DNA of 64,000 nucleotides from Macrostomum lignano (lineage: Eukaryota): positions 272,368 through 336,367 of the forward strand of contig NIVC01001204.1 in the NCBI GenBank assembly GCA_002269645.1, written 5' to 3'. The position numbers and the translations under genes are program-made. Of this stretch, positions 1 to 11,962 are shown piece after piece. Under the pieces are notes generated by a model. The model was not told the origin of the DNA, made no database searches, and saw only the letters and a list, made by a program, of their open reading frames with translations. Position 1 is the stretch's first letter, and every line of letters starts with the position of its first letter.

Positions 1-2825
1 ATCGATGACCATGTTCCAGAGAACTGGAGAGAGGACACCGCCCTGGGGGCTGCCTTCGCAGACGGTTACCGTCCGTTAGTGGCCCAGCAGGTGTGCGGTG
101 GCAGTACGGTGGCTGATCATATACATGATCCACCGGGTGAGGTGCGAGTGGGTTCTTCTAGCACGTAGAGCTCTGTCGAAAGCCTCAAAGAGGACATTAT
201 CGAAGGCTCCAACAATGTCGAGGAAGACAGCGAGAGCGTGGCCATTGCCAAGAACGGCTTTCTCCAGCACGTCGACCAGGACATGAAGCGCGCTCTCCGT
301 GGACCTGCCTGCCCGAAAGGCGTGCTGGTTCTCACTGAGCGGCTTGTTCTTCAGTTCCACAGAGAGGAGGCGCCAGAGCACCAGTCTCTCTAACAGCTTC
401 ACCAGTGAGGAGGCGAGCCTATTTGGTCTGAAGGATTTAATGGACCGGATCCAGATCCAGATCCAGATCCAGAGCCGACCGGATCCAGTCCGGTCGGCCG
501 GGCTTGGGGATAAAAACCACCTTGGCCTCGGTCCAGGGTTTCGGAACAAAGCCGAGAGCAATGCAAGCTTTCAGAAGCCGGCAAAGGTTCCTCAGGAAAC
601 CGGTGCATTTCACCGCCTCCCGCAGGAAGGCTGGCACAATGCCGTCCGGTCCTGGGGATTTGAAGGGTTTGAAGGAGGAGACTGCTTTAGTAACGCGGTC
701 CTTCGTGATGATTGAGTCAGCCAGCACGTGACCGCCCACTGAGTGGTCAGTGGGATCGGGCCTGGCTGGCTCGTTCGGGAAAAACGCTGTTAGCATCGCT
801 TCCAGTGTTTCTCCTGGGTTCTCAGTGAGCAAGCCGTCGGCTCTCTTGACTGAGGAGAGTTTGGACATTTTGTCCAGGGTGAGGGCTTTAACGATTCTGG
901 AGGTGGGGCGGGAGCCCTCAAGTTCCTCACAGTATTCGCGCCACTTGTTGGTTTTGGCGTTCCTAACCTGCCTCTTGAACTCGTGGATAGAGTTCAGGTA
1001 GGCGGTTTGGTCGGCCGGGTTTTTAGTTTTTTGGGCCCTGCGGTGAAGCCTTTTTGCTCTGCGACGGAGGTCGCCAAGCTGCGGGTTCCACCATGGGGCC
1101 GACTGTTTGCCTTTATATGCCTTTAGTGGGCATGAGGCTTCGAAGGCAGCAGTGAGCGAGTCCGTAAGTGCGGCCGCAAATTCATCTGCTTCCTCGCAGG
1201 TGTTGATGGAGACTGGAGTGCTAGTGCAACGATAGGTCTCCTCCAGGACAAGCCTGAAGGCGGTCCAATCGGTATTCCTAGCATTCCGTTTCCAGTAAAG
1301 CTGGCCTGCGTTTCGACCGCTGGTCAGAATGAAAGAGATGAACTTGTGATCGGAGAGGGACGCCTCAGGAAGCACCCGCCACTCCCTAGTGCTCTGGAAG
1401 AGCCTGGGCGTGGCGAGGGTGGCATCCAGCACCTCCGATCGGCGTCCGTTATTGAAGGTAGGGGTACTACCCGAGTTACAGAACTCAAGGGTTGTAGTAG
1501 CAATATAAGCCAGGAAGTCTTCACCTCTCTGGTTAATATCAGAACTGCCCCAGTGGGTGTGGTGGGCGTTGATATCGCCTGCCACAAGCAGCTCATAATT
1601 TCTGGTGGAGCAGAGCTCGACCAGTGTGACAAGCTCCCCTGGGATCATCTCGCCGTCGCCCGGTAGGTAAATCGAGGCGATGAGGGTAGTCCTCCCAGGG
1701 AGTATGTCTTCAGATTGGATGACGCAGATGTCCCTGGTGGACAGGTCCGATCTGAGCTATGCGTTAATAGAACTGGACACCATGATGCAGGATCTTGGTG
1801 TCAGGTTTCCCTCCCGGGTGCCAGCGGTTAAACACTGGTAGCCGGATGGGACATGTTGGGGCCTGCCCCTTAGCGTCCAAGGTTCCTGGATAAGGATAAT
1901 CCCTGACGCGTATTGGTCAGTGTGCTTCAAGAGGTTGACCAAAGCAGCAATGCTGTGCTGCAGGTTGACCTGCAAGCAGTGGATGCCCTGGGAGACGGTC
2001 ATGTCTACTGTCCAGGGGAGGAGAAAAGCAACTCATTCTCAGCCTCATCGGTGAGAGTTGAGTCGCCAGTTTCCATTGGCTCAGGCCCAGCCGCCTCCCC
2101 AGCTGCCGCGGAGGCGGACACGGCGCCCACGGCAGGTGAGTCACCTAGCCGCGCTACACCGCCCTCCCCCCCCCCAGCGACTGGGGTACGGCTGCTGCCT
2201 TCGCCTTGCGCCCCGCCGTCGGGAGTCTGAGCTCGGCCGGCAGCGTCCTCCTGGTGGTAATCCCACCAGTTGGAAGGCTGAGCCATGCCGTCGTCCAGTT
2301 CCCTCGGCTGGCTTTCAGTGTTTTTGCGAGCAGCACGAGTCTGCTCGAGGTGAAGTCTCAGAGACTGAGCTTCGTCAAGTGCGCGCTGGATTAGCCCGGA
2401 CCGCCGGTTACTGCGGGCGGGTCTACGTCCGCGCGAGGCGGACTCAGCAGCGCGAATAGCCTTGTTAGGCTCGGGATCGGGTTGCTGCTGCCGCTTGGCC
2501 GGCGGAGCCTGATCCCCAGCTCCGGGAGCGGCGCGCTTCTCGTCGTTCTTGGTCTCCACCTTGCCCTCCTCACAGCGGAGGATGGTCAGTTGATGGAGAC
2601 CAAGGTGGAGGTTTGTGCCGTGCAGGGGTGCCGTAGCCCAGCGGTTCTAGCGCAGGCTCTGGTGTGCCAGCGACCCAGGCTCGATTCCAAGTGCAGTCAC
2701 ATTAATTTGGGGCTGAATTAGAATCACGGCTTGGCTCTGCTCGTGCAATTAACGGCCTTGAGAGCCAACACGCCAAGGCGCAGTGAAGTGTACATGCCTA
2801 ACGATAAAATAAAGTTAGGGCCGCT
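1..2825 (-). mobile_element. Non-LTR retrotransposon (LINE with AP endonuclease + reverse transcriptase), decayed; runs off the left window edge
   Basis: ORF1-like 2005-2559. ORF2 starts at 2002 with an APE N-terminus (LQVNLQH, IILIQEPW), then GDINAHH, SDHKFI and RT motifs (KSPGPDGI, QHAFRAGRSTESAL, AVFLDIVGAFDNV, QGGVLSP at 1-75). In-frame stops at 1757-1759 and 76-78; a 34-bp insertion near 443-488 causes a frameshift. Confidence 0.93.
2005..2559 (-). CDS. Putative ORF1 of the LINE (low-complexity, basic/acidic; no zinc knuckle seen)
   Basis: 184-aa ORF ending 2 nt before the ATG of the EN-RT ORF2. Confidence 0.55.
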   Translation of the reverse strand: METKNDEKRAAPGAGDQAPPAKRQQQPDPEPNKAIRAAESASRGRRPARSNRRSGLIQRALDEAQSLRLHLEQTRAARKNTESQPRELDDGMAQPSNWWDYHQEDAAGRAQTPDGGAQGEGSSRTPVAGGGEGGVARLGDSPAVGAVSASAAAGEAAGPEPMETGDSTLTDEAENELLFSSPGQ

Positions 2826-5800
2826 GTAGAAGTCGTCAAGTTTCTCGTGCCACAAGTTGCTGACCAAGTAAACAGAGATCGCTGCTGCATCGACGCTGCC
2901 AAATCTGCTGCAAGAATTGGTCACTTGAAAGTCGTCAAGTTTCTCGTGCCACAAGTCGCTGACCAAGCAAACAGAGATCGCTGCTGCATCGACGCTGCCG
3001 AATCTGCTGTAGAATGTCGTCAGTGGGAAGTCATCAAGTTTCTCGTTCCACAAATCGCTGACCAAGCAAACAGAGATCGCTGCTGCATCGACGCTGCCAA
3101 ATCTGCTGTAAGAAATCGTCAGTGGGAAGTCGTCAAGTTTCTCGTGCCACAAATCGCTGACGAAGCAAACAGAGATCGCTGCTGCATCATAGCTGCTGAA
3201 TCTGCTGCAATAAATGGTAATTTAAAAGTTGTTAAGTTTCTCGTGCCACAAGTCGCTGACCAAGCAAACAGAGATCGCTGCTGCATCGAAGCTGCCAAAT
3301 CTGCTGCAAGAAATGGTCAATTAGAGGCTATAAAGTTCCTCATATCGTGTCTCTCAAGTCCGGATCAGAAAGCGAATCTGCATTTCCATTGCGCAGTCGC
3401 GGCTTGCTCTTGTCTTCGTGAAGATGTCGTTACCTCCCTCGGCCTCGAGCCCGACTGGCTCTTCCAATCCAGCTCCATCCTCAGCTTCACTGCAGCAATG
3501 GCCATCGAAGGCAGGAACTCTGTTCTCACCGGCACTCTCTCTCGAATGCAGCCAGCTCAAATCACACAGCTGCTCCGTCTTTCCATCTCTCAAAGACACG
3601 TCGCTCTTGCTGTCACACTGATCAATAAAAAGCGAGTCAGAAAAAAGCATGTCGATCTGCCAGACAGCACTGGAGCCACTGCTCTCATGCTGGCAGCTGA
3701 TGCAGGTCATCACGAGCTCATTGAGAAACTCATCGATCTCGGTGCGTCAGTGCATGCTGAAGACAGTCAGGGTCGGACTGCTCTGTCACGAGCGTGCGAA
3801 GCCGGTCACGTGCGAGCAGCCAAGGCTCTGATGGACAGAGGAGCGGATGCGAGTCATCGAGACGGTCGGGGTTTGACGTGTGCGCAGGTGGCACAGCGAT
3901 TTGAGCAGCGGCAGGTGCTGCGGCTGCTGGATCTCAGTGGAGCGGGGTGAGTGGGCCGAGAAGTTTGCGAATCTTTTCAGTACTGTATCGTGTTGTAGTA
4001 AAGCATTTTGGTGATTTTATAAGGCATGAGAATCTCAGACACAACTGTTGTAAGAACCCTGGCTTTTCTTCGCGCCTTGCAGAAGCCAAGAGGCCCGGCA
4101 GGCAGCTGCTCACAGCCTAAATTCGGACCTTTATCGGTGAGTCTGACCTCTTCGGCTTTCACTGCCGCATTGCGCCTTCCAACAGGCTGGCAGCTTGGCG
4201 CAGAAATTGCAGCGAAACTTAGGAGAGTTGAGATTGGGTTGGACTCTCAGCTCTCCTGCTTGAGATGCCAGTCTGAATGCTGCAGCAGCTTCAGTCTCAG
4301 CTCTCCTGCTTGAGATGCCTGTCTGAGTGCTGCAGCAGCTGCACTCTCAGCTCTCCTGCTTGATCTGTCCATCCAACTCTGAGCAAATCACCCACACGCA
4401 TCTCGGATCATTCCAGGCTCTCAGACGACTCACGGCAAGACAGGCGCCTCAGCGAGAAGCTGCATCGACTGCTCAGCAATGCGGGGTTCACCTGGCAGAG
4501 AGCAAAGTGTCAGCAGAGACTGGCTGACTTGCTGGAAGGAGTCGCTCGAGTCCTCACACAGGATGACAGGCTGATGACGGGCAGCTACGCAGAGGGCTGG
4601 GCCAACAGTCTGGTGCAAGTGAACGGCAGGACAGCTGCAGACTCGGACATTGACTGGACTGTGGTGGTTGCTGGGCAAAAGTTCCATCTGGCAGGTGGCT
4701 GCAAAAGAAATACGGACTCCTGCAGAGACGCCACTCGTCTGAAGGTCACGGAAGGCCACGCACAGGTGGCAGTGGGAGCAGGTGAGTGAGGCTGAGTAAA
4801 TCATACGAAAACGACGAGCATCAATCAAACAGTAACTTAAATCACACATTTTTCATATTTTTCTAAATAATATCAAATGAATACTTTCTCCTTCTGTTCA
4901 TCCAAGCGCATCTACAAAAATATAATACTTTTCTCCATTCAGTAATAACAGTAGTAGCACTAACACGGGAGCAGAACAAAGTCAATTAACAAAATCAAAC
5001 AGTTTCAAACCAACCCATGTTTTTCACTCCCCTCAAAGCGACTTTCCTCTTATTGCCCTCTGCAGGCAGCCAACCTGCAGCCACAGCCACGGCGTGCGGT
5101 GTGCGGCCTGCACAGGACACGTGCCATGCGATCGACTGCTGCAGCAGTTTCTGTGAGGACAGATATAAAAAACTGCTTTTATTGGCTGTTGATGTTCACC
5201 TCGTTCAGGCGACCAGACCGAGCTCGACCAACGAGCTTAGAGTGAGCTTCAGCTTTCATGAGAAACGCATCATGAGAAACCTGAGCACAGTCCAGGGCCA
5301 GCTGTTCACACTCATCAAGTTCATCTTCAAGAGACACTTGCCGCTCACTCTGGACACACCTGGACTCAAGACCTACCATGCAAAGACTCTGCTCTTCGCA
5401 ATGTTGGAGAAGCATGGCACAAATCCTCAAACTAAGGCTTGGCAGCCCCACAATCTGATCGCTCTGCTCAAGGAGTCTCTCGACATGATGCTGAGCTTCA
5501 TCGACTCGAGCAGCTCGCCCGATGAGTGCATGCCGCACTTCTTCATGCCCGACGCTCCGCTCTACTTCAAGAACGCTGGAATCGGCGGCGACTTCGACAA
5601 CACGAAGGCGAGGGTTCGAGACCGACTTCGTGAGCTGAGAAGCAACATTGGCGGAGTGGTCGAGCAGCTAAGGAGACTCGTGAGACCTCTGCAGTCAGAG
5701 AAGTTCTACTTTCACCCGTTCACTCTGCTGCCTCTGACAGCGCCGCCTGCTGTCACGGAGATCAGGAAGGGAAGTGATCGCTGTCCAGAAATGTACAACA

Positions 5801-6534
5801 AGTTCGCAGACGTGTACAGTGTGTTGCACCAGTGTGTGAGCGAGCTGCAGTCGGAATCGAGCGACAGAGACACCCTGATGAGGCAGCTCAGTCTTCTAAA
5901 TGAGCTGCAGTGGTGCAAGTGCGCCGCCCTGTGCATGACCGCCATGGCGCGCTTGAAGTTCGGAGAATCTGAGGTGGCTGAGGGACTCGCGATGGAGCTG
6001 CAGAGACATCAGGTTGAGTCAGGATTGAAGCCACAGGATATTCGAGAAAACGTAGAAAACGATATAATAGTGCCAGAAAACACAGACTGGGCGTGGAGGT
6101 TCTGCCTCCCCTGCGACTCTACACCTCGCTTCCCATTCCTTCCCGAGTTCACGCAGACTCTGTTCACAGCCAGACTGTCGCAGCCTCTCTCCTCCCACCT
6201 GTACGTGAACTTCCGCTGCCTGAGCTGGAGTCTCCAAGCTGAGCTGCTCCGCAATCGCGCACCTGCAATTAAACTGGAGGATTGGAAGCAAGAGCTGGAA
6301 GAAGACCCGGACTTGGAGGAGCTGCTCTCTCTGGCTCACTACAGCGACTGCCGCGAGCACGTGGAGCTCAGCCTGCAGCAGATGGAGATGATTGAGAAAG
6401 AGAGACGCGTCGCCATAGAGACACAAGACGAGGAGAAGATCGGCTGGGTCAGGTGGAAGCTGGAGCGACTTGATGAAGCCCGCCAGAGTCCTCAAAGTCG
6501 AGTCGCAAAGTCGAGGTCGGAAAAGGAAGACTGA
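2826..6534 (+). CDS. Gene A: ankyrin-repeat + Mab-21/cGAS-like nucleotidyltransferase (ANK-cGLR) fusion; 5' end interrupted by the LINE
   Basis: Exons ~2826-3946 (donor GTGAGT, phase 2), 4417-4781 (acceptor TTCCAG, donor GTGAGT, phase 1) and 5066-6534 join in frame. Motifs GSYAEG..DSDID, QDTCHAI, HLV, SFSFHEK and TYHAKTLLF are Mab-21/cGAS-type. Confidence 0.82.
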
Positions 6535-6632
6535 ATCGGAATATTTCTAATTTAGCAATGAAAATGCTGCTTCGGTTTGCCTGCTATTTAGGAAATGAGC
6601 ACATCGAACGCCATCCAGTGCCAGCAGCCCTC

Positions 6633-7500
6633 TATAAGACTCTAGCCGGCCGCTAACTAGAACCTTACATATGATTAATAGTAACTCAAACGAGGTAGAA
6701 TATGCTTGGATGTTATTTACCGATCAATCATATAATTATATTTACTACTGCCATTTTACTGTTTATATAAATAAGAAAATAAGCAAATAAGCGAGTTACA
6801 AGCAGGGAGAATAAGTCTGAGACACAACGGTATAACTAAGCTACTCATATACTCCTATTAATCTATTATTATATATATGAATAAATTACGCCTATCTACT
6901 TGGTCTGAGACCGATACGCTACTATTCATAAATCTATAGTCATGGCAGTGCTCAGTCTTACCCTCCGGTCACAGGTGTCTGCAGAAGCAGTAGTCGCGAT
7001 TTACAAACTATTTTAAGCAATCCAAAAGTTAATACAAGGCGTGTAAAAAGAGTGAAAAGAGAGTGAGAGAAAGTAAAGTTTTAGACATTTAACCCCTCGC
7101 TTATTTATAGTAAATTTCCCCGATGGAGTCCCTATGAAACTGTCTGCGTTATCATTTCCCACGTCTTCCAGCCACCGCGCAATTCCGGCCGATTCTCACG
7201 GTTCCCCTCTCTCGTGCGATTTCTGAAATGTCTCTGTTTTAAAATATAATTGAACCCCGCCCCACATAAAGGCATACAACCCCTCTAAAGTGGAAGCAGA
7301 CTTTTAGGGCGGCCTGCACTCGCCCTTTGCAATGCCGTCATCAAGCACTTGTGGCTTTTTGTAAGAGTGCAGCTGTCCACAACTGCTACACTCCACCACG
7401 CTCTGATAACAATGCAATTCCCTAATTTCCTAAATCCTAAGTCCTATTCCTAATAGTTCCTACGATAGTCCCTACATATCGGTTGATTAACATCCTTATA
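6633..7500. mobile_element. 868-bp insertion, solo-LTR-like, with 5-bp TSD CCCTC and TATAAG...CTTATA inverted termini
   Basis: CCCTC at 6628-6632 and 7501-7505. The homologous site in the inverted arm (~15110-15120, reverse complement CAGCCCTCCTGC) is empty and has one CCCTC. Confidence 0.75.
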
Positions 7501-7719
7501 CCCTCCTGCTATTAACTGTAGTTTTTCACATTTGTGTTGCAATTCAATTCTCACTTCATCCTGAATTGCCTTTTCCCTTCAAACTGCGTGTCTGATTTGA
7601 TGCGGGCTTTTCTCTGCGATTTTGTTCTGCGGACTTCAATACCCAATTGCCAATGCTGTTTCATGAAATATTCAAGCCAAATGCACAGGTAGCTGTTATC
7701 TGCATGAACCTAGGAAATT

Positions 7720-10374
7720 CAAAGGTCGTCTGGGTCAGGCAGAAGCTGGAGAGACTTGATGCAGCAGCTTGAGTTGAACTCGGAATTCTGTGAGAGCTTC
7801 TCTGGCTTTTGCGCGAGCTTTTTGAGAAATTTTAATGTGAATATTTTTGATAATGTTTTAGATGCACTTTTATGGCTTAAATATTGTGTGTTAATGCGCC
7901 TGGGTTATTTAAGCACCTGCTCTCAGAATTAACTCTATTAGTGTGAAAATTGATTTTCTGAAGTATTTTCATTGTGTACTCATGTACCCTGCAGCTCCTT
8001 CATGAACATTCAGTGTCTGAAATTCACGAAAAGTAGCTATGTACCACCCAATGCGATCAAAACTGAAAAGTACTACAAAAGCCCACGTTAACCAAGCAAG
8101 AAGCTCCCTCGTCCTTTCTCGCTCTTGCCTCAGTTAGCTTCTGTTAGCTATCTAAGAATCACTTTTGATTGAAACAGTTAGGGTCTCAACTCAAACACCA
8201 AAACTGATAAATTGACCCATTGAAACCATTGAAACCAATCTAAAAGACAATCCCTACCCCACAATAGACTGAACCTTCGGTTCATTCAAACAACCAGAAC
8301 CCATTGTAATTTGAACCGAACGAGCTTCTTATTTGGAATTCCATCCTAGACATTATATTTTGTAAGATAACATCTTGAGTTTGTGACCATCAAGTACAAC
8401 GGTCTGTAAGTAACCATCAAGTGTTTGCATTATCAGAAAAAGTCAGTTGAATCCGCCGCCTCAGTTATTTGGCTCTCACATTGATACTTGAACTAGATCT
8501 AGAGCCACAAGAGTTAGAGACCAGAACAACAACATATTTAAAATATTTCACCAGTGCGAACTTCAGCCGGCCATCCGGGATACCAGGAGGCTGCTGCAGA
8601 TCCCCCAAGTTATTGCAATTTGCCTTTCTCGACTCCCCCCTCAGGCAGCAGAGATTCCGCGCACTGATAAGCTGGAGCCGATCATCAGCCAAGGACCACC
8701 ACGGGAGTGAGACACGAAGCCCCCCTCTCCCTTCCTTTTGCACCTTTCGATTTCGTTACAAATCCTCTCCATCATTAGAAAGCTTGTAGGACGGAATTAC
8801 TCTCCTCTCTTCTCCTCTCCTCTCCTCTCCTCTCCTCTCCTCTCTTCTCCTCTCCTCCCTCTCCTCTCCTCTCCTCCCCTCTCCTCTCCTCTCCTCTCCT
8901 CCCTCTCCTCTCCTCTCCTCTCCTCTCCTCTCCTCTCTTCTCCTCTCCTCTCCTCTCCTCTCCTCTCCTCTCCTCTTCTCCCTCTCCTCTCTTCTCCTCT
9001 CCTCTCCTCTTCTCCTCTCTCCTCTCTTCTCCTCTCCTCTCCTCTCCTCTCCTCTTCTCCCCTCTCCTCTCTTCTCCTCTCCTCTCCTCTTCTCCCCTCT
9101 CCTCTCCTCTTCTCCCCTCTCCTCTCCTCTCCTCTCCTCTCCTCTCCTCTCCTCTCCTCTCTCCTCTCCTCTCCTCTCCTCTCCTCTCCTCTTCTCCCCT
9201 CTCCTCTCTTCTCCTCTCCTCTCCTCTTCTCCTCTCTCCTCTCCTCTCCTCTCCTCTCCTCTCCTCTCTTCTCCTCTCCTCCCCTCTCCTCTCCTCTCCT
9301 CCCCTCTCCTCTCCTCTCCTCTCCTCCCCTCTCCTCTCCTCTCCTCTCCTCTCCTCTCTTCTCCTCTCCTCTCCTCTCCTCTCCTCTCTCTATTGCCTTT
9401 ATTATAAAGTCCTTATCTTCACTATTATGGCTGAGGCGTGTCTGTCAGTCCGGTTTTTTACAACATCGATCTGTCTAGGACTTTTTTCCGATCTCCCAAC
9501 TCTCAGGCCCAGTCTACCGCCGCTTCGCTGACTACGAGCATAGATGATTTTGCTTCTCTCTATTACGAGTTATGTTTAGTCTCGCCGGTCTCCGGTGAAT
9601 TTGAGCCGTGATCACGAAACACTTGTTTCGAAAACACTCGATTTTTAGACCGAAATTCAGCTTTGGTCACGTAGATGATCGAGAGACCGTTCCTTCTTTT
9701 ATAACATTTTCTAAATGACTCTCGTGCTCCAACCGTGCTCAATAGCCGTAATTTTAGAATGCTGAAGTTTTAAACTGAGTTTTACTGTAGTTTTAATTAT
9801 GAATTAGCTCTCCTATTAATCTGCAGTTCGGATATTTTAGATTTCAAATCAAATAAAAAGTTGGACGCTTCATAGTTGAAGACCATTGAAAAAAGCCGCG
9901 AGATCTGATGCACTTCTTGCCAAGACGTTCATTACTCAATCTACAGGACGCAGAAGCAAAACGCTTCCTGAAGAGGTGATAAAATACGAATTGATAAATA
10001 GCTTAATAGATTATTGTATGATAAGTCTCTTCTTGAGTTCTCTATGCACGGAGGGTTTGACGCCTGAATAACCAGCTCTCCATGCTTCGATGCGATGCTG
10101 CTGCCGCATCTTCTGCCACACCAGTGCGGGGTTGTCACTAAGATCCTCATCGGAACCCGCTAGAGAGCCTTATTTTTAGTTTGTTGGGTCTCAAACAAAA
10201 CAAAAAAGCAAGATTCAAACAACTTAGATTCTGTCTGCATCAAGTCACCACCCTCTCCCCTCGAAGTATATTCCTCACTTAAGCATATCAGTTAGGCTCT
10301 GGAAGCTTTTAGCTGCTCTTTTTCAAATTGGCCGAATCGAAGGTGCGGAGAATGCGAGCCTTTCATGTTGCCAT
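7720..10374 (+). repeat. Left inner arm of a large inverted duplication, near-identical to 12746-~14990
   Basis: The ORF track gives identical translations in mirror positions (8469-8789 vs 13906-14226; 9886-10071 vs 13049-13234). Reverse-complement identity ends at 10374/12746. Confidence 0.93.
8800..9390 (+). repeat. (CTCCT)n microsatellite
   Basis: Direct reading; the mirrored copy at 13730-13895 is ~425 bp shorter. Confidence 0.97.
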
Positions 10375-11948
10375 TGGCAGCGGGAGGCACTTGCTGTGAA
10401 GTTTGGCTGCCTCCGATTCGAGCACTACCTCAGCGGCTGCCCAAGGTTCACCATCGTGACAGACCACCGCCCGCTGGTACCACTCTTCCAGCCGGGGTCT
10501 CGGCCGCCGCCCAGAATCGAGCGTATGGCACTGAGAGTGCAGCACCTCAGCTTCAACATCATCTACCAGCCCGGGCCGCAAAACCCAGCCGACGTGCTCA
10601 GCAGGCAGCCGCAAATGCAGACAACCGACAACCCCGGCGAAGTGCTCGACCGGCAGTTCATCAACGCCATCGCCCTCGGATCAACGCCACAAGGTCTCAG
10701 CTTCGAGTCAATCAAGCAGGCGGCCAGGCTCGACGGTGTCACTCAGGCAGCCATCTCGGCACTTCAGACCAACCAGTGGACCAGCAACGACCATGAGCTC
10801 CGTGCGCTTGCCTGCATCCGGCAAGAACTGTCGGCCCACGACGGCGTTCTGCTTCGCGGTTCTTCGATCATCGTGCCAGCGAGTCTTCGGCGAGTAGTAC
10901 TCCAGCTGGCGCACAAAGGCCATCAGTGCTGGCGGAAAACGCTAGACCGGCTTCAAACGAAGGTGTGGTGGCCAGGCATGAGAGGCGACTGCCAGGTCTT
11001 CGTGCAAAGCTGCCTCGCCTGCCAAGCAACGTCGCCTAAAACGACCAATCCGCCACCTCTTCAGCCCTCGCAGCTCCCCGACGGAGCCTGGCTCGTCCTC
11101 GGCATGGACTTCTACGGTCCGGTGCAGGACAAAATGCTGCTAGTGACAACAGACCTTTACTCAAAGTTTCCAGAGATCAACATCGTCAGTTCGACCTCCG
11201 CAGAGGCTGTGCTGCCACACCTGAAAACTCTCTTCAGCAGGTACGGCATCCCACAAGAAATCATCAGCGACAACGGCCCACCCTTCAATTCTGCAGAGTT
11301 CCACAACTTTCTCGCTGAGCACGGCGTCAAGCACCGCCGCATCTGCCCGCTGCACCCGGAGGCCAACGGAGCGACCGAGCGCGTCAACCGATGCGTCAAC
11401 AAGGTCGTCAGGGCGGCCATCGCCGAAGGCCGCAGCTGGCGCAGTGCCCTAGACGACTGGCTCCTCGCATACCGCGTCACTCCTCATTCGGCAACCGGGT
11501 CGCGCCGGCCGAATTGCTAATGGGCCGGACCTTCAACGACACCGTCCCGTCGGCGCGCCCCTCGCAGCCCGTGTACCATCATCGCACACAGCTGACCCAG
11601 CGACACTCGGCCTACACCAGAGCGATGGCCAGGGACTTCAACCGTTCCCGGAGGGCCAAGGCCTGCAGCGTGAGGCCGGGTACTGCGGTGCTACGGAGGC
11701 GGAATCAGCGAACAAAGACTCAGACACCCTTCGAGGTCGAGCCCTGGACCGTCGTGGACAGGCGGGGTGACTCCTACGTGCTACAACAGGGCGACCGCAC
11801 CTGCACTCGACACCTGACGCACATCCGCCCGCTGGTGGCGGCAGAGGGCGCTGCGGCGAACGCGGAACCGACGCCGCCAGAATGCGGCATTGCCCAGCGG
11901 CCGCATCCCCGCGCGGCCAAAGACAAGCCAATCAGCTACAAGGACTGA
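10375..11948 (+). mobile_element. 5'-truncated Ty3/Gypsy LTR retrotransposon pol (end of RNase H + integrase)
   Basis: REALAVKFGC..TDHRPL (RNase H), H-x2-H..C-x2-C zinc finger (AHKGHQ..SCLACQ), DDE core (GMDFYGP, SDNGPPF, NGATERVN). One-nt frameshift near 11497; stop at 11948. Confidence 0.92.
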
Positions 11949-11962
11949 TTTGGGGTTGGGGC

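Noticed and set aside
2847-3950. ANK ORFs and Mab-21 ORFs as independent genes
   Set aside because: ANK stops lie inside splice donors and phases match downstream NTase exons; the NTase exons have no convincing start of their own.
8738-9478. Long low-complexity ORFs over simple repeats (also 20592-21400, 21512-22204, 25092-25710, 31569-31927, 41257-42652, 48443-49329, 53090-54520)
   Set aside because: They are translations of micro/minisatellites that lack stops by construction and have no domain content.
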